Shown here in pieces: positions 12,190-26,900 of a DNA stretch of 64,000 nt. The DNA comes from Eledone cirrhosa (Eukaryota). Numbering within the stretch: the stretch's first letter is position 1; each line of letters opens with the position of its first letter. The notes below the pieces were generated by a model, which did no database searches, was not told the origin of the DNA, and was given only the letters and a program-made list of their open reading frames with translations. Position numbers and translations under genes: made by a program. Location: the NCBI GenBank assembly GCA_964016885.1, contig OZ024760.1:30380001-30444000 (forward strand). The letters run 5' to 3'.

Positions 12190-14273
12190 GTAATGTAATG
12201 TAATGTAATGTAATGTTTAATGTAATGTAATCTAATGTAATGTAATGTAATGTAATGTAATGTAAGGTGTAATGTAATGTAATGTAATGAAAATGTAATG
12301 TAATGTGTAATGAAATGTGTAATATAATGTAATGTGTAATGTAATGTAATGTAATGTGTAATGTAATGTAATGTAATGTAATGTAATGTAATGTTTAATG
12401 TAATGTAATGTAATGTAATGTAATGTAATGTAATGTAATTTTTAATGTAATGTAATGTAATGTAATTTTTAATGTAATGTAATGTAATGTAATGTAATGT
12501 AATGTAATGTAATGTAATGTAATGTAGTGTAATGTAATGTAATGAAATGTAATGTAATGTGTAATGTAATGTAATGTAGTGTAATGTAATGTAATGTAAT
12601 GTAATGTAATGTAATGTAATGTAATGTAATGAAATGTAATGTAATGTGTAATGTAATGTAATGTAATGTAATGTAATGTAATGTAATGTAATATGTAATG
12701 TAATGTAATGTAATGTGTAATGTAATGTAATGTAATGTAATATGTAATGTAAGGTAATGTTTAATGTAATGTAATATGTAATGTAAGGTAATGTTTAATG
12801 TAATGTAATGTAATGTAATGTAATGTAATGTGTAATATAATGTAATGTAATGTAATATAATGTAATATAATGTAATGTATAATGTAATGTATAATGTAAT
12901 GTAATGTAATGTAATGCAATGTGTAATGTAATGTAATGTAATGTAATGTAATGTAATGTAATGGAATGTAATGTGTAATGCAATGTAATGTAATGTGTAA
13001 TGTAATGTAAATTAATGTATAATGTAATGTAATGTAATGTAACTTAATGTAATGTCATGTGTAATGTAATGTAATGTAATGTGTAATGTAATGTAATGTA
13101 ATATAATGTTTAATGTAATGTAACGTAATGTAATGTAATGTGTAATGTAATTTAATGTAATGTAATGTAATGTAATGTAATGTAATGTGCAATGTAATGT
13201 AATGTAATGTAATTTAATGTAATGTAATGTGTAATGTGTAATGTAATTTAATGAAATATAATGTAATGTAACGTAATGTAATGTAATGTGTAATGTAATG
13301 TAATGTAATGTAATTTAATGTAATGTGTAATGTAATGTAATGTAATGTAATGTAATATAATGTGCAATATAATGTAATGTAATGTAATGTAATGTAATGT
13401 AATGTTATGTAATGTAATGTAATGTAATGTAATGTAATGTAATGTAATTTAATATAATGTAATGTGTAATGTAATGTAATGTAATGTAATGCAATGTGTA
13501 ATGTAATGTAATGTAATGTAATGTAATGTGTAATGTAATGTAATGTGTAATGTAATGTAATGTAACGTAATGTAATGTAATGTAATGTAATGTGTAATGT
13601 AATGTAATGTAATGTGTAATGTAATGTAATGTAATGTAATGTGTAATGTAATGTAATGTAATGTGTAATGTAATGTAACGTAAAATAATGTAATGTAATG
13701 TGTAATGTAATGTAATGTGTAATGTAATGTAATGTAATGTAATGTGTAATGTAATGTAATGTAATGTGTAATGTAATGAAATGTAATGTGTAATGTAATG
13801 TAATGTAATGTAATGTGTAATGTAATGTAATGTAATGTGTAATGTAATGTAATGTAATGTAATGTGTAATGTAATGTAATGTAATGTGTAATGTAATGTA
13901 ATGTAATGTGTAGTGTAATGTAATATAATGTAATGTAATATAATGTAATGTGTAATGTAATGTAATGTAATGTAATGTAACGTGTAATGTAATGTAATGT
14001 AATGTAATGTGTAATGTAATGTAATGTAATGTAATATGTAATGTAATGTAACGTAAAGTAATGTAATGTAATGTAATGTGTAATGTAATGTAATGTGTAA
14101 TGTAATGTAATGTAATGTATTGTAATGTGTAATGTAATGTAACTTAATGTAATGTAATGTAATGTAATGTGTGATGTGATGTAATGTAATGTAATGTACT
14201 GTGTAATGTAATGTGTAATGTAATGTGTAATGTAATGTGTAATGTAATGTAATGTATTGTAATGTAATGTAAT

Positions 14274-14461
14274 TGTTTCTAATTTAGGCACAAGGTCAGC
14301 AATTACCCTGTGCATTACTGGTACATTATTTTATCGACACCGTAAGGATGAAAAGCAAAGTCAACCTCGGTGGGATTTGAACTCAGATCGTAAAGGGACG
14401 TAACTATGCTGGAAAGCATGGCGTCCGACCCTCTACCGATACTGCCAATCCACCGCCGTTT
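14274..14461 (-). mobile_element. tRNA-derived SINE copy 5 (H3)
   Basis: Markers GTACATT, GACACCG, TATGCTGGA, GCCAATCC. Confidence 0.85.
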
Positions 14462-16043
14462 GTAATGTAATGTAATGTAATGTAATGTTTAATGTAATGT
14501 AATGTAATGTAATGTAATGTAATGTAATGTAATGTAATGTAATGTGTAATGTAATGTAATGTTATGAAAATGTAATGTAATGTGTAATGTAATGTGTAAT
14601 ATAATGTAATATGTAATGTAATGTAATGTAATGTAATGTAATGTGTAATGTAATATAATGTAATGTAATGTTTAATGTAATGTAATGTAATGTAATGTAA
14701 TGTAATGTAATGTAATGTAATGTTTAATGTAATGTAATGTAATGTAATGTAATGTAATGTAATGTAATGTTTAATGTAATGTAATGTAATGTAATGTAAT
14801 GTAATGTAATGTAATGTTATGTAATGTAATGTAGTGTAATGTAATGTAATGAAATGTAATGTAATGTGTAATGTAATGTAGTGTAATGTAATGTAATGTA
14901 ATGAAATGTAATGAAATGTAATGTGTAATGTAATGTAATGTAATGTGTAATGTAATGTAATGTAATGTAATATGTAATGTAAGGAAATGTTTAATGTAAT
15001 GTAATGTAATGTAATGTAATGTAATGTGTAATATAATGTAATGTAATGTAATGTAATATAATGTAATATAATGTAATGTATAATGTAATGTAATTTAATG
15101 CAATGTGTAATGTAATGTAATGTAATGTAATGTAATGGAATGTCATGTGTAATGTAATGTAATTTAATATAATGTAATGTGTAATGTAATGTAATGTAAT
15201 GTAATGTAATGTAATGCAATGTGTAATGTAATGTAATGTAATGTAATGTAATGTAATGTAATGTGTAATGTAATGTAATGTAATGTAATGTAATGTGTAA
15301 TGTAATGTAATGTAATATAATGTTTAATGTAATGTAATGTAATGTAATGTATTGTAATGTGTAACGTAAAGTAATGTAATGTAATGTAATGTTTAATGTA
15401 ATGTAATGTGTAATGTAATGTAATGTAATGTAATGTAATGTGTAATGTAATGTAACTTAATGTAATGTAATGTAATGTAATGTAATGTGTAATGTAATGT
15501 AATGTAATGTAATGTGTAATGTAATGTAATGTAATGTAATGTAATGTGTAATGTAATGTAATGTAATGTGTAATGTAATGTAATGTAATGTGTAATGTAA
15601 TGTAATGTAATGTAATATGTAATGTAATGTAATGTAATGTAATGTAATGTGTAATGTAATGTAATGTGTAATGTAATGTAATGTAATGTGTAATGTAATG
15701 TAATGTGTAGTGTAATGTAATATAATGTAATGTAATATAATGTAATGTGTAATGTAATGTAATGTAATGTAACGTGTAATGTAATGTAATGTAATGTAAT
15801 GTGTAATGTAATGTAATGTAATGTGTAATGTAATGTAACGTAAAGTAATGTAATGTAATGTAATGTGTAATGTAATGTAATGTGTAATGTAATGTAATGT
15901 AATGTGTAATGTAATGTAACTTAATGTAATGTAATGTAATGTAATGTAATGTGTGATGTGATGTAATGTAATGTAATGTAATGTGTAATGTAATGTGTAA
16001 TGTAATGTGTAATGTAATGTAATGTATTGTAATGTAATGTAAT

Positions 16044-16231
16044 TGTTTCTAATTTAGGCACAAGGTCAGCAATTACCCTGTGCATTACTGGTACATTATT
16101 TTATCGACACCGTAAGGATGAAAAGCAAAGTCAACCTCGGTGGGATTTGAACTCAGATCGTAAAGGGACGTAACTATGCTGGAAAGCATGGCGTCCGACC
16201 CTCTACCGATACTGCCAATCCACCGCCGTTT
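16044..16231 (-). mobile_element. tRNA-derived SINE copy 6 (H3)
   Basis: Reads identical to copy 5. Confidence 0.85.
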
Positions 16232-17505
16232 GTAATGTAATGTAATGTAATGTAATGTAATGTAATGTAATGTAATGTAATGTAATGTAATGTAATGTAA
16301 TGTAATGTAATGTTTAATGTAATGTAATGTAATGTAATGTAATGTGTAATGTAATGTAATGTAATGAAAATGTAATGTAATGTGTAATGTAATGTGTAAT
16401 ATAATGTAATGTGTAACGTAATGTAATGTAATGTAATGTAATGTAATGTAATGTAATGTAATGTGTAATGTAATGTAATGTAATGTAATGTAATGTAATG
16501 TAATGTAATGTAATGTAATGTTTAATGTAATGTAATGTAATGTAATGTAATGTAATGTAATGTAATGTAATATAATGTGCAATATAATGTAATGTAATGT
16601 AATGTAATGTTATGTAATGTAATGTAATGTAATGTAATGTTTAATGTAATGTAATGTAATGTAATGTGTAATATAATGTAATGTAATGTAATGTAATTTA
16701 ATATAATGTAATGTGTAATGTAATGTAATGTAATGTAATGCAATGTGTAATGTAATGTAATGTAATGTAATGTAATGTAATGTGTAATGTAATGTAATGT
16801 GTAATGTAATGTAATGTAACGTAATGTAATGTAATGTAATGTAATGTGTAATGTAATGTAATGTAATGTGTAATGTAATGTAATGTAATGTGTAATGTAA
16901 TGTAATGTAATGTGTAATGTAATGTAACGTAAAATAATGTAATGTAATGTGTAATGTAATGTAATGTAATGTGTAATGTAATGTAATGTAATGTGTAATG
17001 TAATGTAATGTAATGTGTAATGTAATGTAATGTAATGTAATGTGTAATGTAATGTAATGTAATGTGTAATGTAATGTAATGTAATGTAATGTGTAATGTA
17101 ATGTAATGTAATGTAATGTGTAATGTAATGTAATGTAATGTGTAGTGTAATGTAATATAATGTAATGTAATATAATGTAATGTGTAATGTAATGTAATGT
17201 AATGTAATGTAACGTGTAATGTAATGTAATGTAATGTAATGTGTAATGTAATGTAATGTAATGTAATATGTAATGTAATGTAACGTAAAGTAATGTAATG
17301 TAATGTAATGTGTAATGTAATGTAATGTGTAATGTAATGTAATGTAATGTATTGTAATGTGTAATGTAATGTAATGTAATGTAATGTAATGTAATGTAAT
17401 GTGTGATGTGATGTAATGTAATGTAATGTACTGTGTAATGTAATGTGTAATGTAATGTGTAATGTAATGTGTAATGTAATGTCATGTATTGTAATGTAAT
17501 GTAAT

Positions 17506-17693
17506 TGTTTCTAATTTAGGCACAAGGTCAGCAATTACCCTGTGTATTACTGGTACATTATTTTATCGACACCGTAAGGATGAAAAGCAAAGTCAACCTC
17601 GGTGGGATTTGAACTCAGATCGTAAAGGGACGTAACTATGCTGGAAAGCATGGCGTCCGACCCTCTACCGATACTGCCAATCCACCGCCGTTT
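17506..17693 (-). mobile_element. tRNA-derived SINE copy 7 (H3b)
   Basis: H3 with TGTGTATTAC instead of TGTGCATTAC. GTCATGTATT in the left flank. Confidence 0.85.
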
Positions 17694-19151
17694 GTAATGT
17701 AATGTAATGTAATGTAATGTAATGTAATGTTTAATGTAATGTAATGTAATGTAATGTAATGTAATGTAATGTAATGTGTAATGTAATGTAATGTAATGAA
17801 AATGTAATGTAATGTGTAATGTAATGTGTAATATAATGTAATATGTAATGTAATGTAATGTAATGTAATGTAATGTGTAATGTAATGTAATGTAATGTAA
17901 TGTAATGTTTAATGTAATGTAATGTAATGTAATGTAATGTAATGTAATGTAATGTTTAATGTAATGTAATGTAATGTAATGTAATGTAATGTAATGTAAT
18001 GTAATGTAGTGTAATGTAATGTAATGAAATGTAATGTAATGTGTAATGTAATGTAGTGTAATGTAATGTAATGTAATGAAATGTAATGTAATGTGTAATG
18101 TAATGTAATGTAATGTAATGTAATGTAATGTAATGTAATGTAATGTGTAATGTAATGTAATGTAATGTGTAATGTAATGTAATGTAATGTAATATGTAAT
18201 GTAAGGAAATGTTTAATGTAATGTAATGTAATGTAATGTAATGTAATGTGTAATATAATGTAATGTAATGTAATGTAATGTCATGTGTAATGTAATGTAA
18301 TTTAATATAATGTAATGTGTAATGTAATGTAATGTAATGTAATGTAATGTAATGCAATGTGTAATGTAATGTAATGTAATGTAATGTAATGTAATGTAAT
18401 GTGTAATGTAATGTAATGTAATGTAATGTAATGTGTAATGTAATGTAATGTAATATAATGTTTAATGTAATGTAATGTAATGTAATGTATTGTAATGTGT
18501 AACGTAAAGTAATGTAATGTAATGTAATGTGTAATGTAATGTAATGTAATGTAATGTGTAATGTAATGTAACTTAATGTAATGTAATGTAATGTAATGTA
18601 ATGTGTAATGTAATGTAATGTAATGTGTAATGTAATGTAATGTGTAATGTAATGTAATGTAATGTAATGTGTAATGTAATGTAATGTAATGTAATGTGTA
18701 ATGTAATGTAATGTAATGTGTAATGTAATGTAATGTAATGTAATGTGTAATGTAATGTAATGTAATGTGTAATGTAATGTAATGTAATGTAATATGTAAT
18801 GTAATGTAATGTAATGTAATGTAATGTGTAATGTAATGTAATGTAATGTGTAATGTAATGTAATGTAATGTGTAATGTAATGTAATGTGTAGTGTAATGT
18901 AATATAATGTAATGTAATATAATGTAATGTGTAATGTAATGTAATGTAATGTAATGTGTAATGTAATGTAATGTAATGTGTAATGTAATGTAACGTAAAG
19001 TAATGTAATGTAATGTAATGTGTAATGTAATGTAATGTGTAATGTAATGTAATGTAATGTGTAATGTAATGTAACTTAATGTAATGTAATGTGTAATGTA
19101 ATGTGTAATGTAATGTGTAATGTAATGTAATGTATTGTAATGTAATGTAAT

Positions 19152-19339
19152 TGTTTCTAATTTAGGCACAAGGTCAGCAATTACCCTGTGCATTACTGGT
19201 ACATTATTTTATCGACACCGTAAGGATGAAAAGCAAAGTCAACCTCGGTGGGATTTGAACTCAGATCGTAAAGGGACGTAACTATGCTGGAAAGCATGGC
19301 GTCCGACCCTCTACCGATACTGCCAATCCACCGCCGTTT
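19152..19339 (-). mobile_element. tRNA-derived SINE copy 8 (H3)
   Basis: Reads identical to copies 5 and 6. Confidence 0.85.
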
Positions 19340-22300
19340 GTAATGTAATGTAATGTAATGTAATGTAATGTTTAATGTAATGTAATGTAATGTAATGTAA
19401 TGTAATGTGTAATGTAATGTAATGTAATGAAAATGTAATGTAATGTGTAATGTAATGTGTAATATAATGTAATGTGTAATGTAATGTAATGTAATGTAAT
19501 GTAATGTAATGTAATGTAATGTAATGTGTAATGTAATGTAATGTAATGTAATGTAATGTAATGTAATGTAATGTAATGTAATGTTTAATGTAATGTAATG
19601 TAATGTAATGTAATGTAATGTAATGTAATGTTTAATGTAATGTAATGTAATGTAATGTAATTTTTAATGTAATTTAATGTAATGTAATGTAATGTAATGT
19701 AATGTAGTGTACTGTAATGTAATGAAATGTAATGTAATGTGTAATGTAATGTAGTGTAATGTAATGTAACGTTATGAAATGTAATGTAATGTGTAATGTA
19801 ATGTAATGTAATGTAATGTAATGTAATGTAATGTGTAATGTAATGTAATGTAATGTGTAATGTAATGTAATGTAATGTAATATGTAATGTAAGGTAATGT
19901 TTAATGTAATGTAATGTAATGTAATGTAATGTGTAATATAATGTAATGTAATGTAATGTAATATAATGTAATATAATGTAATGTATAATGTAATGTAATG
20001 TAATGTAATGCAATGTGTAATGTAATGTAATGTAATGTAATGTAATGTAATGTAATGTTTAATGTAATGTAATGTAATGTAATGTAATGTAATGTAATGT
20101 AATGTAATGTAATGTAATGTAGTGTAATGTAATGTAATGAAATGTAATGTAATGTGTAATGTAATGTAGTGTAATGTAATGTAATGTAATGAAATGTAAT
20201 GTAATGTGCAATGTAATGTAATGTAATGAAATGTAATGTAATGTGTAATGTAATGTAGTGTAATGTACTGTAATGTAATGAAATGTAATGTAATGTGTAA
20301 TGTAATGTAGTGTAATGTAATGTAACGTTATGAAATGTAATGTAATGTGTAATGTAATGTAATGTAATGTAATGTAATGTAATGTGTAATGTAATGTAAT
20401 GTAATGTGTAATGTAATGTAATGTAATGTAATATGTAATGTAAGGTAATGTTTAATGTAATGTAATGTAATGTAATGTAATGTGTAATATAATGTAATGT
20501 AATGTAATGTAATATAATGTAATATAATGTAATGTATAATGTAATGTAATGTAATGTAATGCAATGTGTAATGTAATGTAATGTAATGTAATGTAATGTA
20601 ATGTAATGTAATGTGTAATGTAATGTAATGTAATGTGTAATGTAATGTAATGTAATGTATAATGTAATGTCATGTAATGTAACTTAATGTAATGTCATGT
20701 GTAATGTAATGTAATGTAATGTAATGTGTAATGTAATGTAATGTAATGTAATGTAATGTGTAATGTAATGTAATGTAATATAATGTTTAATGTAATGTAA
20801 CGTAATGTAATGTAATGTAATGTGTAATGTAATGTAATGTAATGTAATGTAGTGTAATGTAATGTAATGTAATGTAATGTAATGTGCAATGTAATGTAAT
20901 GTAATGTAATGTGTAATGTAATGTAATGTAATGTAATGTAATGTGTAATGTGTAATGTAATTTAATGAAATGTAATGTAATGCAATGTAATGTAATGTAA
21001 TGTAATGTAACGTAATGTAATGTAATGTTTAATGTAATGTAATGTAATGTAATGTGTAATATAATGTAATGTAATGTAATGTAATTTAATATAATGTAAC
21101 GTGTAATGTAATGTAATGTAATGTAATGTGTAATGTAATGTAATGTAATGTAATGTAATGTAATGTAATGTGTAATGTGTAATGTAATATAATGTGTAAT
21201 GTAATGTAATGTAATGTAATGTAATGTAATGTTATGTAATGTAATGTAATGTAATGTAATGTTTAATGTAATGTAATGTAATGTAATGTAATGTGTAATA
21301 TAATGTAATGTAATGTAATGTAATTTAATATAATGTAATGTGTAATGTAATGTAATGTAATGTAATGTAATGTAATGCAATGTGTAATGTAATGTAATGT
21401 AATGTAATGTAATGTAATGTGTAATGTAATGTAATGTGTAATGTAATGTAATGTAACGTAATGTAATGTAATATAATGTAATGTGTAATGTAATGTAATG
21501 TAATGTAATGTGTAATGTAATGTAATGTAATGTAATGTGTAATGTAATGTAATGTAATGAAAATGTAATGTAATGTGTAATGTAATGTGTAATATAATGT
21601 AATGTGTAATGTAATGTAATGTAATGTAATGTAATGTAATGTAATGTAATGTGTAATGTAATGTAATGTAATGTAATGTAATGTAATGTAATGTAATGTA
21701 ATGTAATGTTTAATGTAACGTAATGTAATGTAATGTAATGTAATGTAATGTTTAATGTAATGTAATGTAATGTAATGTAATTTTTAATGTAATGTAATGT
21801 AATGTAATGTAATGTAATGTAATGTAATGTAATGTAGTGTACTGTAATGTAATGAAATGTAATGTAATGTGTAATGTAATGTAGTGTAATGTAATGTAAT
21901 GTAATGAAATGTAATGTAATGTGTAATGTAATGTAATGTAATGTAATGTAATGTAATGTAATGTGTAATGTAATGTAATGTAATGTGTAATGTAATGTAA
22001 TGTAATGTAATATGTAATGTAAGGTAATGTGTAATATAATGTAATGTAATGTAATGTAATATAATGTAATATAATGTAATGTATAATGTAATGTAATGTA
22101 ATGTAATGCAATGTGTAATGTAATGTAATGTAATGTAATGTAATGTAATGTAATGTAATGTAATGTAATGTGTAATGTAATGTAATGTAATGTGTAATGT
22201 AATGTAATGTAATGTATAATGTAATGTCATGTAATGTAACTTAATGTAATGTCATGTGTAATGTAATGTAATGTAATGTAATGTGTAATGTAATGTAATG

Positions 22301-23760
22301 TAATGTAATGTAATGTAAAGTGTAATGTAATGTAATGTAATATAATGTTTAATATAATGTAATGTAATGTAATGTAATGTAATGTGTAATGTAATGTAAT
22401 GTAATGTAATGTAATGTAATGTAATGTAACGTGCAATGTAATGTAATGTAATGTAATGTGTAATGTAATGTAATGTAATGTAATGTAATGTGTAACGTGT
22501 AATGTAATTTAATGAAATGTAATGTAATGCAATGTAATGTAATGTGTAATGTAATGTAACGTAAAATAATGTAATGTAATGTAATGTGTAATGTAATGTA
22601 ATGTGCAATGTAATGTAATGTAATGTAATGTAATGTGTAATGTAATGTAATGTAATGTGTAATGTAATGTAATGTAATGTAATGTGTAATGTAATGTAAT
22701 GTAATGTAATGTAATGTAATGTAATGTAATGTAATGTAATGTTTAATGTAATGTAATGTAATGTAATGTAATGTAATGTAATGTAATGTAATATAATGTG
22801 CAATATAATGTAATGTAATGTAATGTAATGTTATGTAATGTAATGTAATGTAATGTAATGTTTAATGTAATGTAATGTAATGTAATGTGTAATATAATGT
22901 AATGTAATGTAATTTAATATAATGTAATGTGTAATGTAATGTAATGTAATGTAATGCAATGTGTAATGTAATGTAATGTAATGTAATGTAATGTAATGTG
23001 TAATGTAATGTAATGTGTAATGTAATGTAATGTAACGTAATGTAATGTAATGTAATGTAATGTAATGTGTAATGTAATGTAATGTAATGTGTAATGTAAT
23101 GTAATGTAATGTGTAATGTAATGTGTAATGTAATGTAATGTAATGTGTAATGTAATGTAACGTAAAATAATGTAATGTAATGTGTAATGTAATGTAATGT
23201 GTAATGTAATGTAATGTAATGTAATGTGTAATGTAATGTAATGTAATGTGTAATGTAATGTAATGTAATGTGTAATGTAATGTAATGTAATGTAATGTGT
23301 AATGTAATGTAATGTAATGTGTAATGTAATGTAATGTAATGTAATGTGTAATGTAATGTAATGTAATGTAATGTGTAATGTAATGTAATGTAATGTGTAG
23401 TGTAATGTAATATAATGTAATGTAATATAATGTAATGTGTAATGTAATGTAATGTAATGTAATGTAACGTGTAATGTAATGTAATGTAATGTAATGTGTA
23501 ATGTAATGTAATGTAATGTAATATGTAATGTAATGTAACGTAAAGTAATGTAATGTAATGTAATGTGTAATGTAATGTAATGTGTAATGTAATGTAATGT
23601 AATGTATTGTAATGTGTAATGTAATGTAATGTAATGTAATGTAATGTAATGTAATGTGTGATGTGATGTAATGTAATGTAATGTACTGTGTAATGTAATG
23701 TGTAATGTAATGTGTAATGTAATGTGTAATGTAATGTCATGTATTGTAATGTAATGTAAT

Positions 23761-23948
23761 TGTTTCTAATTTAGGCACAAGGTCAGCAATTACCCTGTGT
23801 ATTACTGGTACATTATTTTATCGACACCGTAAGGATGAAAAGCAAAGTCAACCTCGGTGGGATTTGAACTCAGATCGTAAAGGGACGTAACTATGCTGGA
23901 AAGCATGGCGTCCGACCCTCTACCGATACTGCCAATCCACCGCCGTTT
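23761..23948 (-). mobile_element. tRNA-derived SINE copy 9 (H3b)
   Basis: Reads identical to copy 7, including the GTCATGTATT flank. Confidence 0.85.
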
Positions 23949-26900
23949 GTAATGTAATGTAATGTAATGTAATGTAATGTTTAATGTAATGTAATGTAAT
24001 GTAATGTAATGTAATGTAATGTGTAATGTAATGTAATGTAATGAAAATGTAATGTAATGTGTAATGTAATGTGTAATATAATGTAATATGTAATGTAATG
24101 TAATGTAATGTAATGTAATGTGTAATGTAATGTAATGTAATGTAATGTAATGTTTAATGTAATGTAATGTAATGTAATGTAATGTAATGTAATGTAATGT
24201 TTAATGTAATGTAATGTAATGTAATGTAATGTAATGTAATGTAATGTGTAATGTAATGTAATGTAATGTAATGTAATGTTTAATGTAATGTAATGTAATG
24301 TAATGTAATGTAATGTAATGTAATGTAATGTGTAATGTAATGTAATGTAATGAAAATGTAATGTAATGTGTAATGTAATGTGTAATATAATGTAATGTGT
24401 AATGTAATGTAATGTAATGTAATGTAATGTAATGTAATGTAATGGGTAATGTAATGTAATGTAATGTAATGTAATGTAATGTAATGTAATGTTTAATGTA
24501 ATGTAATGTAATGTAATGTTTAATGTAATGTAATGTAATGTAATGTAATTTTTAATGTAATGTAATGTAATGTAGTGTAATGTAGTGTAATGTAATGTAA
24601 TGAAATGTAATGTAATGTGTAATGTAATGTAATGTAATGTAATGTAATGTAATTTTTAATGTAATGTAATGTAATGTAATGTAGTGTAATGTAATGTAAT
24701 GAAATGTAATGTAATGTGTAATGTAATGTAGTGTAATGTAATGTAATGTAATGAAATGTAATGTAACGTGTAATGTAATGTAGTGTAATGTAATGTAATG
24801 TAATGAAATGTAATGTAATGTGTAATGTAATGTAATGTAATGTAATGTAATGTAATGTAATGTGTAATGCAATGTAATGTAATGTGTAATGTAATGTAAT
24901 GTAATGTAATATGTAATGTAAAGTAATATTTAATGTAATGTAATGTAATGTAATGTAATGTAATGTGTAATATAATGTAATGTAATGTAATGTAATATAA
25001 TGTAATATAATGTAATGTATAATGTAATGTAATGTAATGTAATGCAATGTGTAATGTAATGTAATGTAATGTAATGTAATGTAATGTAATGTAATGTGTA
25101 ATGTAATGTAATGTAATGTGTAATGTAATGTAATGTAAAGTGTAATGTAATGTAGTGTAATGTAATGTAACTTAATGTAATGTCATGTGTAATGTAATGT
25201 AATGTAATGTAATGTGTAATGTAATGTAATGTAATGTGTAATGTAATGTAATGTAATAAAATGTTTAATGTAATGTAACGTAATGTAATGTAATGTAATG
25301 TAATGTAATGTAATGTGCAATGTAATGTAATGTAATGTAATGTAATGTGTAATGTAATGTAATGTAATGTAATGTAATGTGTAATGTGTAATGTAATTTA
25401 ATGAAATGTAATGTAATGTAATGTAATGTAATGTAATGTAATGTAATGTAACGTAATGTAATGTAATGTAATGTGTAATGTAATGTAATGTAATGTAATG
25501 TAATGTAATGTAATGTAATGTGTAATGTAATGTAATGTAATGTAACGTAATATAACGTGTAATGTAATGTAATGTAATGTAATGTAATGTTATGTAATGT
25601 AATGTAATGTAATGTAATGTGTAATGTAATGTAATGTAATGTAATGTAATGTAATGTAATGTAATGTGTAATGTAATGTAATGTGTAATGTAATGTAACG
25701 TAATGTAATGTAATGTAATGTAATGTAATATGTAATGTAATGTAATGTAATGTAATTTAATGTAATGTCTAATGTAATGTAATGTAATGTAATGTAATGT
25801 AATGTGTAATGTAATGTAATGTTAAGTAATGTAATGTGTAATGTAATGTAATGTAATATAATGTAATGTGTCATGTAGTGTAACGTAATGTAATGTAATG
25901 TAATGTAATATGTAATGTAATGTAATGTGTAATGTAATGTAATGTAATGTAATGTGTAATGTAATGTAATGTAATGTAATGTAATGTAATGTGTAATGTA
26001 ATGTAATGTAATGTAATGTAATGTAATGTGTAATGTAATGTAATGTGTAACGTAACGTAATGTGATGTAATGTAATGTAATGTAATGTAATGTAATGTAA
26101 TGTAATGTAATGTAATGTAATGTAATGTGTAATGTAATGTAATGTAATGTAATGTAATGTAATGTGTAATGTAATGTAATGTAATCTAATGTAATGTGTA
26201 ATGTAATGTAATGTAATGTAATGTAATGTAATGTAATGTAATGTAATGTAATGTAATGTGTAACGTAATGTAATGTAATGTAATGTAACGTAATGTAATG
26301 TAATGTAATGTAATGTAATGTAATGTGTAATGTAATGTAATGTAATGTAATGTAATGTAAAGTAATGTAATGAATTGTAATGTGTAATGTGTAATGCAAT
26401 GTAATGTAACGTAATGTAATGTAATGTAATGTAATGTAATGTAATGTAATGTAATGTAATGTAATGTAATGTAATGTAATGTAATGTAATGTAATGTAAT
26501 GTAATGTAATGTAATGTAATGTGTAATGTAATGTAATGTAATGTGTAATGTAATGTAATGTAATGTAATATGTAATGTAAAGTAATATTTAATGTAATGT
26601 AATGTAATGTAATGTAATGTAATGTGTAATATAATGTAATGTAATGTAATGTAATATAATGTAATATAATGTAATGTATAATGTAATGTAATGTAATGTA
26701 ATGCAATGTGTAATGTAATGTAATGTAATGTAATGTAATGTAATGTAATGTGTAATGTAATGTAATGTAATGTGTAATGTAATGTAATGTAAAGTGTAAT
26801 GTAATGTAGTGTAATGTAATGTAACTTAATGTAATGTCATGTGTAATGTAATGTAATGTAATGTAACGTGTAATGTAATGTAATGTAATGTGTAATGTAA

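Noticed and set aside
16085-16231. Peptide KRRWIGSIGRGSDAMLSSIVTSLYDLSSNPTEVDFAFHPYGVDKIMYQ as a repeated exon or domain
   Set aside because: It is a translation of the SINE body. I recognise no domain, and different copies are entered in different frames.
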